The translations under genes were made by a program, and so were the position numbers. DNA of 62,933 bases, counting the filler, from Asterionella formosa (lineage: Eukaryota), in assembly GCA_002256025.1 (NCBI GenBank). It is 2 parts of 2 records of this genome, joined end to end, with 100 filler letters (N's around TTAATTAATTAA, not from the genome) between each part and the next. Parts side by side here need not be neighbours in the genome. Positions count along the whole stretch, not along the records: positions 31,528 to 62,933 come from NKIB01000684.1; 1 more part is not named here. One strand, 5' to 3'. The notes below the pieces were generated by a model. The model did not search any database. It worked only from the letters and a program-made list of their open reading frames with translations, and had not been told where the DNA came from. Positions 38,700 to 50,514 of the stretch are shown in pieces; positions within the stretch are counted from its first letter, which is position 1; each line of letters begins with the position of its first letter.

Positions 38700-39547
38700 C
38701 AAATAAACACCCTGTCTTCAACACTCCATTTTCCGATGCAGGAGAATTGTTGAATGCATTTTTCAAACCAAGTCGCAGAAGTTACTTAGTCATATATGCG
38801 TTCTCCACAAGTTGTAAGTTTCACTTGTGGGTGACATACAAAATGTTGCATGATATCGGAATCACATAGCAATGATCCTGCCATCATGAGCTGTACTGGT
38901 TCGAAATAATGGAGTGTGCGTGGGATGATCATATTTGAATTGTTATCAATCTTTATTTGTTTGGTCAACAGTTGACCACCAGCTTATGTTGGTGGAAATG
39001 AAATATCCATGCGTTTTTTCAAAGTCTGGTAAGATGGAGCTTGATACCTTCCATCAAAATATTTCATTGCTTTTGCCTTGAACAGCCATTTCATTAGATG
39101 ATCAAAGTAAACAGGTGGAAGATAATTCTCGTTGAGAAATAACACGAGTTCTAATTCGATTGGATGCATGTTCAGAGAATGTTTACTTGGAAGTTGAAAT
39201 TGAAGAAGAAGGGGCATTTCCATTGCATTTTCAGGAAGAAAGCCAGTGCGATCTTGAAAATCTGAATATTGCATGGTTTCTGAATTCAACCCTTGGAGAG
39301 TTTTTAGTCTCAATTCTTCGTCTTGTTGTGACTGAATATTGTTATAAACTGAATCGTTGCTGTCGTCATGAAGTGGATGATTGTGGTCACTTGATTCAAG
39401 GATAGGACACATAATCACTTCTTGTCTAATCTCCCTAAATGCTGCAGCAGTTACACTGCCATCATTAACTTCTTTCCTTGAATGATTCGATGCACTACCG
39501 CAATACATAGTTTCACTATATACCGCTACATATAGTACAGGCGGCAC
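38700..39547 (-). pseudogene. Transposase N-terminal remnant (Plavaka-like, tentative)
   Basis: LELVLFLNENYLPPVYFDHLMKW, SLLCDSDIMQH and GERIYD*VTSATWF recall the N-terminal part of Plavaka-type transposases. No catalytic core seen. Confidence 0.4.
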
Positions 39548-39950
39548 TAATAGTAATAGCAGTATAGAGCAGAATCAATGTTTTCCTATCATCTATGATA
39601 TGGCTGACATTGTAGAAGTCTCACACTAACTATAATTATTATGTAACTACTAAGTATGCATTGGATTCTATTAGATCCATTGAAAATCAACATCGTCATC
39701 AATATCCCGTAGAGTAATGCGGTCATTATAATCAATATTCTTTTCAGGAACATTTGGTTGAAGTGATTCAACAAATTGATGCATATCCTCTTTACTTACG
39801 TTGGGAAATGAGAAGTATGAGTGTAGGTAGATGATATTTGTGGTGGGAGTAGCAATTCCACTAGGATTCCTTTCATATTCAGATCGATTCTTTTGTGAAA
39901 GTCCAGTGTAGATTTCCTAATAATAAACGAGTAAATCATCAGTCCATTGA

Positions 39951-41627
39951 TCAGTAAGACCATTTGAAACTGAACTTTCTTCCCTCACACTTTTTAATAA
40001 TTGGTTTCCCACCAATGTCGACAAAATCGGTAGAATGACGAATTTCGTTCTCTGAAATTTCCTGCGTATCTGGATTGAAACCCAAATATTTTTGTTGCAA
40101 TCGGAATTTTCCTCTCAGCACCAAGAAGCAAAATGCTTCTGTACTGGCATTGACCAGCGAACCAACAAAACGTGTTTGCAATTCACACTGTGCCCGAAGA
40201 CTGAGTTGAAATTTGGTCACACCAGATTTGTCTCCTGTTAAAAATGGTTCTCCACGGCTTGTCCTGCCTATAAAATACACCGGAGCAAGAACATCACCCC
40301 AAACTTGGTATCCGTGGCTTCCCCTGTCAAGGTCCTTTGACTGCGCAAAACGATAAAGAGTCAACGCCCGCCTAATAAAGTCATCAATATCCATAGTCTG
40401 GAAGTTATATTCTGTTAGACCAACTGGTGTGTCATGAATTATGTTAGCATTTTTTATTTCAAACATATTTGATAAGAATATAATCACCGACTCAAAACAT
40501 CATGCTTTCGGAGCATCTCCTGCCCTGCAAGAACTTACCTAAGATTCCTTTACATTGATTATTCAATACATTCTGACATTCTTTCGCTCAACTTTTTAAT
40601 ACACATGCCACCAAATGTTGATTTAATATAATCTAAACGTGCCTTGATGGTACGTTCAATGGTCTGATTCATTGGAAGTAGTGCATCAGAACCATTCCAT
40701 ATGAAATCGGCAAGCTCTGGGTCACTCTCCACTTCTTTGCCTAACTCCGGTTTCACTGTGTATAGCCGAGTTAGGGAGGTCAACATTCGGCAAACCAATC
40801 CTGTTTGTGATTGGAAATGCCTTTCATACTACTCGGACCAGATAGGCAAGGCGGGATGTTTGATTCTCTTTTGGGACCAGAAAATAGCACATTTGATTGA
40901 TATTCTGTTTTACAGTACCTGCAATTCACGAACTATAACATCAAACTTACATGTTCACAGCAAAACTTCTTGGTCTTGAAAGCAAAAAAACTCACAACCT
41001 TTGTGACAATTGATAGTTCGGTTCATTTTTAGCTAAGCGAGAACAACGTTCTGATAAAGGCTGCTGAAATTGAAGATTCTTGATATCCTTGTATGGACGA
41101 GTTTTGAACCGAATTACGACCTTTGTAGTGATTGAGTTCATTGACCAATTGATAATATCCTTTGGCAAGTGCAAAATGTTTTCCCTCAGTTTGTCATGTA
41201 CTTGTTGGTCCGTACGATTAGAAAATTTATGATATGGTACCATGTCGTCCATCTGCATCCGGGAGTTATTAATAGTAACATCAACAGGAGCCAATTTTCT
41301 TGTATCAAAAACTGAAGTAGAAACGTTATCATCGCTGTCAGTATCAATTACGGGATTCTTTGTACTAGTAGCTGATGGTGTCCCCATTGACGATGGGGTA
41401 TTACCCCCAACGTCTCCCAATCGCCGATTGGGTTCCTTTGGATAATCGCCTATTCGCTTTTTCTTTGTCAACTCATTTTGGAACTTGCTTCTTTGTTCCA
41501 TACCGGCAGTATTTGCCACATGTCGCTTGTTTCCATGAACCTCTTTATGGTTTCTTGAAGACATTGATTGTACTACTTGATAACTGTTGTCGTTGTCTTC
41601 CTTAAAGTTCGATGATCTTAAATTCAT
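39951..41627 (-). pseudogene. Frameshifted accessory ORF of the TIR element, unknown function
   Basis: Consecutive protein-like fragments, also present at 375-2240 with different frameshifts. Confidence 0.5.
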
Positions 41628-43282
41628 TTACTGTCCCGCTGCAGTAGCAGCAGTCATGGACATATGGTGTTCTGTTGCTTGCTTATTACTACGACTATTG
41701 GTTTTTAGTTTTATGATCATACGATCCTAAAACTATGATGATTTACTATCCCACTGCAGTAGAAACAGTCCTGAACATATGGTGTTCTATTGGTTTTTAG
41801 TTTTACGATCATACAATCCTACAACTATGATGATTTACTGTCCCACTGCAGTAGCGACAGTCCTGAACATATGGTGTTCTATTGGTTTTTAATTTTACAA
41901 TCGTACGATCCTAACACTATGATGATTTACTGTCCCACTGCAGTAGCAACAGTCCTGAACATATGGTGTTCTGTTCCTAGTTTACTACTCCGACTACCCC
42001 CCGTTTATCACTTACTACCTGTAACTGGTACTCTGTATATATATATGATATATTGTTATTGTCATATGATGTACCGGTACACATGAAGAGCTCCCAACCA
42101 AAAAAGGGGCTTAAACAATTTGCTACCAAAACCCTGGCGGCAATTGAATGGTCTAAATAATTAGTTTCAACGGACGTAGAAAACATCGATGCAAACAAAT
42201 TTCAGAAATTATACCGGTACACGTAGTCGTGGAAAACAATGGACATATAGTGCATTGAGTATTTTTGAATTATGTATATGCGAGTATGATCATCTTAACC
42301 ATATCAGATGTTCCATATCGAGAGCGCCTTTGAATTTTTGTAAATGTATAACACTTCATATATACATGTATATTTACAAATTTTATTACTATATTCATGG
42401 CATATATATTTTTGAAATCGTTCTGTCATGTTTACAAACAATACCTGCTGCTTCATGAAAAGATACGTCACAGTAAAGCACATGACAAGAAAAGAAAGTT
42501 TATGCAATACATAACGAAAAACATTGTGACTTCGACACATTGCGCCTTCGAAGGATGGAGAATGTTTAAGGTAATGAAACCATCAATGTGGTACTTGGAT
42601 GACAATCGTTGGGAGGCAGGCAGGACAACAACAAATTGTTAACTAAACGCACATTTCCTTTTTTCTCAGTTGATTCAACTGCTCGTTTCGCTTGTTGGGG
42701 AGCACCAATGTAAAACAAAAACAAATTGCGTAAGTGCTCTTGTCACTCGTTGGACCTATTCACTTCTGTTGGAACAAAACCAACAAAACGTTTACCTTCA
42801 CTCAAAGTTAAGATGACAAAAATGAACTGGTAAGTATTATTCGACAACATTGGATACCCGAAACTTACTTATTCAAGAATTTACTGACAAGTTACTATTA
42901 CAGACTTGTGCATCAGTTGCATTGATTTGTGGTAAGTGAAGCAAGAGGATACGATGGAATTGCGTGTTCTTGTGTCAATGTAACATGACTAGCTAACAAA
43001 TCATTCCTTCTCATTGTTACTGTAACTGCATGCATAGGAAAATAAAACCGATCAAACGGAATAGCCGGCGAGATCACAATGACACTAACAGCAGGGAGAG
43101 AGACACAACATTAGTAAGGCATTGCTTGGCACAAGATTCAGAAAAGAGGAAGAAAAGGGTGAGACAGGAACAATATACATTGAGCCGAGTAGAGAGAGAA
43201 ACGTTGGGTCGCTGGCATGTAGATTAATAGATAGCATTGCTTAATTTGATCCTGTATGCATGATACTTTTTATTTGCAGACG

Positions 43283-46277
43283 TCGGTAACAGACAGTGAA
43301 CAAATTGAATGGTACCGACATGGTTCTTGTGAGAAATCAGTGCTGCAAAACTTGGTATAAAATCAGTTTCATACCAGGCATTGGTATTCTCACATTTTGA
43401 ATAGTATGCTTCATTGCAAACTGTGATTAAATAAACTCCTAAACAGCAACATGAAATGCAATTGAATGTGGGATATAACCTTTTGAATTTTCGCCCTCCC
43501 CAAATATGAATTGACCCTTCACCTAATTCCAAGGCTTCTTGAACTGATGAGGCATATCTTCTTCTTCTTGTCATTTTTCTTTTTCTTGTTTGTGTAGGAG
43601 CTACAATGATTTCATAACTTATACAATCCCCATCCGGCTCCTTTTCTTCTGTGTTGCAATTGGCAGAAGATTGCAGCATGTTGCCCTCTATCATGCCTTT
43701 GACTGAGTTGCCTGTTGAAGACAAAGACGGCAGCAAGTTGTCTGTGCCACAATCTAGCTGTAGCTGTTGAAACAAGTGAATACCCAGATTTTCGTTTCTC
43801 TTTTCTCTCAGGTTTTTCATCATCGCTGCTGCTGATCTCATAGTCACTGGTCTACTCATAATCATTTGTTGATTGAGCTTGAACACTGTTGCTAACATCA
43901 GGTCCTTCCAAAATTTCAGCAAAACATTGTGAAAAGTCACAGCCACTGAATGTGGTGTCACAGACATTGCCAAGCTGTGGCAATGTCAACTCCATGGAGA
44001 CAGAGTCATTGGTGTCACTGATCTCTTGGGTTTTTCATCATCGCTGCTGCTGATATCATAGTCACTGGTCTCCTCATAATCATTTGTTGATTGAGCTTGA
44101 ACACTGTTGCTAACATCAGGTCTTTCCAAACATTCAGCAAAACGTTGTGAAAAAGTCACAGCCAATGAAAGTGGTGTCACAGACATTGCCAACCTGTGGC
44201 AATGTCAACTCCATGGAGACAGAGTCATTGGTGTCACTGGGATTAAGGGTCAAGTCATACATGGATTCCACAACAGCACGGAATCTACTGCTAGCTGCCA
44301 CATCCATGCGCTCTTGGATAGTTGTGCATCTGCAGATGCTGTCTCTGCTGGTATCTGGCATAATGGGATCAAAATCAATCCCAAAACCGGTTTCATATGC
44401 AGAAACATCATTTTTGGCCCAACCACATTGTTGGTTCAGAATTGAATTAACTTCTCTAAGGTATTTGGTCCAGTTTGGACGGAGTTTTCCCTTTTGAACT
44501 TCACTTGCAAGTACACTGTTCATTACACATTTCAAAAGTCTGTTGATGTTTTCGACTGAACCCTGATCACTGGGCTTTAGGGGCCTACCAGTGACTGTCA
44601 GTATTGTTTGATTCCACCTTTTCAACATACCCACAACTTGTTCAGCTGTGAACTCAGAACCATTATCTGTGTGAAAGATATGCGGATATCCAATCAATCG
44701 AAAGAGAGAGTTTAATTCAAAGCAGACATACTTTGCATTTTTGTTTGGAATAGCTCTTAAATAGCATAAGCCAGTGAAGTGATCCTTCACAACCATAATC
44801 TATCGCATTACCTGACCATAAACATTGCGTCGCTCATTGGCATGATAATCAATTAAGTCAATTTGCATGCGATCATGAATTTCAGCAGAATGTATAGGAC
44901 ATCGGGCTCCCTTAGATTTCGGAATTTGAGGATGTGCATGAATACACACAGGACACACACTGATAAATGCATTTACATGTTGTATTGTGATATTGTAAAC
45001 ATGACTATTAACCTCTCTCCATGTAACAGATGATTTTTTCAAGTGACCAAGACTCTAGTGAGCATCATATATGGCATCAAACATTTCCTTGCATTGAAGA
45101 AGCTTTCTCCCCACATTATCTCCTTTTTTCACACTATCTCTCCAGATAACATAGAGGCTTTTTATGAGATTGCCTTCCACATCTTTCTTTGATCTCACTG
45201 TATACTTTTTTACAAGTGAATAACCAATTCGATGCTGTCGCCATATCTCTGGATTATCCCAGTTTTCAATAAAATACACAACTTCATTTTATTTCTCATC
45301 AATTATGTCACATGATCTAGTTTTTCCTGTTCCTGTTGTGTTATACGTAATTTCATTGTATTTCTCATCAGTCATGTCACATGACCCTGCTTTTCCTGTT
45401 CCTGATGTGTTCTTTCCTTTGTTCCTGCTGTAATTCTTGCAGTCTTTTTCTTTGTTCTTGATTTAGCATTTTCGATTCTCTTTGCAGCCCATGTTGCAGT
45501 CATTGTTCCGGCTTCCACTTTTGGAGTTTCTCCTGGTGGTACTGTTGCCTTTTCATTCCTTGTTGCAGCCGTTGTTCCGGTTTCCGTATCGACTGGAGTT
45601 GTACCTGTGTCCGCCTTTTCATTCCTTGTTGTTGTCATTGCTCCAGTTTCCGCATTGACAGGAGTTGTACCTGTGCTCGCCTTTTCATTCCTTGTTGCTG
45701 TCGTTGCTCCAGTTTCCTCATCCACAGGAGTTGTACCTGTGCCCACCTTTTCATTCCTTGTTGCTGTTGTTGTTCCGGTTTTGGCATTGACTGGAGTTGT
45801 ACCTGTGCACGCCTTTTCATTCTTTGTTGCTGTCGTTGCTCCGGTTTCCGCAGTGACTGGAGTTGTGCCTGATCCCACTTTTCATTCCTTGTTGCTGTCG
45901 TTGTTCCGGTTTTGGCATCGACTGGAGATGTACCTATGTACGCCTTTTCATTCTTTGTTGCTCCAGTTGTTCCGGTTTCCGCATGATTGACTGGAGTTGT
46001 ACCGGTGCACGCCTTTTCATTTCCTTGTTGCTATCGTTGCTCCGGTTTCCGCATTGACTGGAGGTTTGCCTGATCCCGCGTTTTCATTGAAAAAACCAAA
46101 AGCTACAGCGTTGAAATGCGTGCGAGCGGATTCTCTCATTCTCTGTGCATCACCAATACTGACAGTGGCATTGCCATGATCATTGGATGAAGATGTAGAA
46201 ACATATGAGAATTCACTCACCACATACTCTTCATCACTACTGTCTTCATTGCGATTCTTCTTCTTCGAAGAATTCAT
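43283..46277 (-). pseudogene. 5' half of Ginger-like ORF: repeat-rich N-terminus, H2C2 finger, DDE integrase core, start of Ulp1-like domain
   Basis: ORF-track fragments 46017-46277, 45372-45878, 45055-45279, 44800-45042, 44134-44796 and 43224-43973 carry the motifs in order. Confidence 0.88.
45540..46075 (-). repeat. 60-bp coding minisatellite (~9 units, TGTTPVNAETGATTATRNEK)
   Basis: The unit GGAGTTGTACCTGTG..CGCCTTTTCATTCCTTGTTGCTGTCGTTGCTCCGGTTTCCGCATTGACT recurs at 60-bp period. Confidence 0.9.
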
Positions 46278-46797
46278 CTCAAATCAGAGGAGCTTTTCCG
46301 GTATACAAGCAAGGGACTGTGAGCAATCAATAGATTTAGTTGTGCATTGACTTCTATTGAAGATTCACTGCAAGTAGGTAGATACACGTGGCTATAGCTA
46401 AGCATTTGACAGGAGAGATTGCTATCACTCGCTGGTCCTGCTGCTATAGAAATAAATCTAAGTTTTGATAGAGAAAAGAGGATTTGGGTGAAATAAAAAC
46501 TACCCAAAAATTAGATAGGTGGAATCATGAGGCCTGCGTCAGAAATAAATTTACTTATAGCTAATTTATTTGAAAGAACAAAATTACTCGCCAGATCTTG
46601 AGTGCTCATATCGTTTCAGCTGAAATGACGTAACAGACCATCAAAGAAATACTGGGCGCGCTTCGAAATACCAAAATAATTTGTGCCAAAATTATTACAT
46701 CACAAATATTCTTTGCTGAAATAAAATATAAAATCGTCAAGGCGCTCGTCTGATACTCGAATTTTTTTAGATTACTTATCTGACAGTAAATATAAAT

Positions 46798-47500
46798 TTA
46801 ACTATAATTTGTAACAGTTAAAATTTCATAGCGACGCATCCTCTGGTGTGTCTGAATGGGGAATGAGGTGTCTTCAGGGGTAGTTTCCCCGAAGCTATCA
46901 TTGAATTCATCATGGCCTGAATGGGTTCGACAATGGTAGTTGAGGTGGTTGTTTGTGATGTCCGTCCCATGGTTTAACATGGATGACATGATTGACATCA
47001 TGTTCTGTTGAATTTGCTGTTGCTGTTGCTGCTGCTGCATTTTCATCTGCATTGGAATATTATTATTCTTGTCCGCTTTTTGGAGCAATTGTGTTGAAAC
47101 TAGAGCCAATATTTTGTCGAGACTGTTTGACATAGGTTTATCCCTTAGCTGAGGGGATACCATAGGACGAGGAAATCTTGCACTAGCATATCTTGCAACA
47201 GTTGCTCCAGCGGAGACAACAGGAGTTGTTTCAGGAGCGGAACGAGCAGGAGTACTATCCAAAGTTTCAACCGCTTCAGCATTGTCTTGACTGTCCTCAA
47301 GTACCATGAATTCATCCTCAACATTGTTGCCATCTTCTATCCCAAGGTCTGTAGAATCAACTTCGCCACTAGCATTTGCTCTTTCCTCTATTTTCGGAAT
47401 ACTTGCTTAGCATATCGGGCTTCAGCAGGACATGTTGGGTCACCAGTTGGTATTTTCACTTTATGTAGTTGTGCAAACTTTTGCCGAATTGAAGTTCCAT
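46798..47500 (-). pseudogene. Harbinger-type Myb/SANT-like accessory protein remnant with Q/M-rich tail
   Basis: SIRQKFAQLHKVKIPTGDPTCPAEARYAKQVFRKI resembles the RKF..L...K.PTGDP.CP motif (DUF6818-like, from memory). Poly-Q C-terminus. Confidence 0.55.
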
Positions 47501-47734
47501 TCTGATCCTCATCTAACCCGCGTATTACATGAAGTGACCATCACGTAAACAAGCCTAGTTGATTTTGAATGGATCACATGAATTAGTTGAAGACATCAAA
47601 ATGCTTACTTGAATATATCTATATATTATCTGAATACATCACATTAATTATTTGATTAGAGTATCATGCATGCATTCCTGATCATCACTATATTATGTGA
47701 TCACCTTCCCGTAATTATTTGAAATACTTCACGT

Positions 47735-48100
47735 AAATAAATGATAATCTGTTTTATAGCCCATTCATACTCCCCTTTTTCAAGGCAAGTATTCATTGTG
47801 CTCCCTGCCGACAAGACCTGTGCTTCCCTAGTTTTGTTAGCATAGGTGAGTCCCCAACCACCCATCACGAAAGATGATTGTCTTAGCCGCAGCGTCAGGG
47901 GAAACTCCGACCTCCTAGGAAGGCAGCACAAGCTGCTTGTAAGGGGACAACCCACTATTTTTTGCACACCAGGCAAGACCGTGCGGGACGGTAAGGAGTG
48001 TGGGAGTCAAACCCAACAATTGCTTCTCAAAGAAAATGCGGGAATCGAGCCTCACAACCTCAGATCAAAGGCAGTGTGATCAACCAACAACCGTTAGTAG
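47735..48100 (-). mobile_element. Candidate tRNA-derived SINE
   Basis: The minus-strand head has TGGTTGATCACACTGCC...GAGGTTGTGAGGCTCGATTCCC (B-box-like) and a second GGGTTTGACTCCC. This GC-rich block interrupts an AT-rich TTATTTGAAATACTTCACGTAA tandem repeat. Confidence 0.4.
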
Positions 48101-49742
48101 GAAGTATTTATTTGAAATGCTTCACGTAATTATTTGAAATACTTCAATTAATTTTGTAATTTAGTTAACATTGCCTTTTAATTTTGTTCACATAATTCTA
48201 TAATATAGTTCACATAATGAATTGAATTTTTTTACGTAATTTAAAAGTACTATCAAATAATGTTGATTCCTAATTCAACTACCGGTATTTCACAATACAC
48301 GGGAAACAAATCTTGATATGCAATCAAACAAAGCTGTGGTTCTATCAGAATGGATTCTTCAGTCTTGAGAAGGCATGCATTATGAGACATCTGAAAGGAC
48401 ATTGCAAGACGAAGAGAAGCCGTTCATTCAGAAGGGAAAAATTATTCACTCTTGAACAGGCATCATTGTACAAAGTTGCAACATGAATGCATCACACACT
48501 GGCTTCCGCCCTTCTTGTCCTTGAAATGACTTCTTCATTGACCTGCACAGATTTTCATAACAACAGTGTGTCAGTAATGTATATGATAGAACTAGCAACA
48601 GCAGAAAGCAACACACAGATGTAGTAGTATTCAACTGTTCCTCAGGGCAGTCGAATGGAAAGAACAAACCGGCAACAACCAGGCAGCACCACAACTCACT
48701 GATGCGTTCAAAAGAATGCTCCTGTTGTGAAATGGACGGCTAAAATGTAAAATAAATGTAGACAACAATAACAGAACCATGTGATTTATCGCTCGCTTTG
48801 CTGATACATTGACAAAAACTGAAGATTGAGCTTACCTTAAAGGCCTCCATTGCGGGTCTCCATTTTGTATCATTTCACCCTCTATGATCACTCATGCTTT
48901 CCAAAGAACACTCCTTTTCTGAAAAGGCCTGTTCAAATGTCAAATGAATTTTGAAAGCAACAGCATATCAGTATGAGTTATCCCTTGCTTGGTGGTATGA
49001 TAGCAAAAATAGCAAACAAATAACGTGTTACTTTAAAAGCATCAATTGCTAACGATCTCAATGTTGCATCATTCCACCTTCTGTTGTTGCAACAAACAAT
49101 ATGTGAGTTCTTGGCTGATGAAGGATTTGCTAATTGTGAGGCGCTGAAAAGCTAGAAGGGGGATGCTGGTTTTAAGGGTCGTCCCCATAATGAAAACATA
49201 TTGTGCACAGTGGTGGTTAAATGTTGTCGTCATGAATTCAGAGGGGGTCAAAAATCCTGGCGCAGCCATTACTTCATCTTTGTACCAACAGAACCTACAA
49301 TCTACACGAAAAAACCTGGCGCAGTCTTACTTCGTCGGGACAAATTCTGATACTACAAGTGTGACCTAAAACAAATATGACAAGAAGGAGAGGACACGAC
49401 AGCCAATCATGGTTACTCTTATTATATTCACAGTACAAACGCCATGTTCTATTGTAACAACAAGGGGAACACGGGAATACTGGTAGGACAAAACAACCTA
49501 CAGTTCCACAGTACGCACGTAGAAATGAATACAGTTTCACAGTACGAACGGCATAATTCCTATTGTAACAAGAAGGGGAAGACGGAAATACTGGTAGGGC
49601 AAACCTACAGTCTCACACTTGTAATGACAACCTGGTTCCTACCAGCCAGGAGTACCTGGTGGTACCATACAATATAGCTATTTGTTAGTATGTCTGAGTG
49701 CAGGGTCAAAAGACCCATGGTACCTGGTACCTGGTACTGGTA

Positions 49743-50514
49743 CCAGTAAAAAACTGCCATGACCCATTGAGTTAGGGTGTTTGTTTGACTCCTCCGACTA
49801 ATGGAAGATTCTACCAAATTGCGGATCCGTTTGTTCGATAGTGTCAGAGCAGCATCGATCAATCAAGCTGTCGTGTTAGAATTCTGATTGAACGATTTCA
49901 TCAGAAGATACGACGATAATAAAACAGCTAAAAAGTGATTTCAATGGGTCATGGCAGTATATACTTTTTTTCTCGATAAACGTATATAAATTTATACACA
50001 TTTTCGAGGACGGATTAGGTCATGTGTTAAAGCACTTGTCATGCGTGTTATTAGAAAGGTGCGATGAAAACCTGGTATGTACTCCCTACCTGTTATACCC
50101 GTAATCATACATAACGCATTGGCATGATGATGCCGTGCGCCTAAATAATTTGCCATCTCCGTAGAAGTCAATACCAAAACAAGACGTACTATATTGTCGC
50201 AAATGAGGTGAAGGTTCAAATCATTATATCGATCGTCGTATATCATATGATGCGGTGACTTCTAAACTTACCCTTATCCGTTTTCTTCATGGGTTTTTCG
50301 GTCGATCGACCATTTCACGCAATCTATTGAGATGAACAACTTGCTCCAAATCTCAAACTAATTACATGGCTGACTAGCCTACATGCTCGGGAAGGAGCCA
50401 GAACTCTTAAAATCTATATATATTTAAGTTTTGATTGCAAAATGTGTTATTCTGCGTTCATTGGGTCACGGCAGTTCAAAAATATTCTCAATGGGTCATG
50501 GCAGTTTTTACTGG
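49743..50514. mobile_element. Tc1/mariner-type MITE (772 bp)
   Basis: TA|CCAGTAAAAAACTGCCATGACCCATTGAG ... CTCAATGGGTCATGGCAGTTTTTACTGG|TA. Extra internal copies of the 18-bp core at ~49941 and ~50458. Confidence 0.85.

Larger units (their letters stand above)
36711..43282. mobile_element. 6,572-bp TIR DNA transposon with 2-bp TSD (probably CMC/EnSpm-Plavaka-like), non-autonomous
   Basis: Termini CGTCTGCAAAAAAA...TTTTTATTTGCAGACG with TC on both flanks (36709-10, 43283-84). Removing the element restores the host frame HCLLP-MEKVESQ. Confidence 0.88.
35034..46635 (-). mobile_element. Ginger-like (rve integrase) DNA transposon with Ulp1-like protease domain, split by a nested element
   Basis: TIRs TGTTACGTCATATCTGATGAAA versus TGTTACGTCATTTCAGCTGAAA (19/22 match); flanks GATC/GACC. 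Motifs: H..LGH...CPVC, QIDLIDY, VVKDHFTG, HTDNGSEF, QGSVEN, WYETDFI...HGNHHF...IYDGL, and a Cys-rich tail. Confidence 0.85.
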
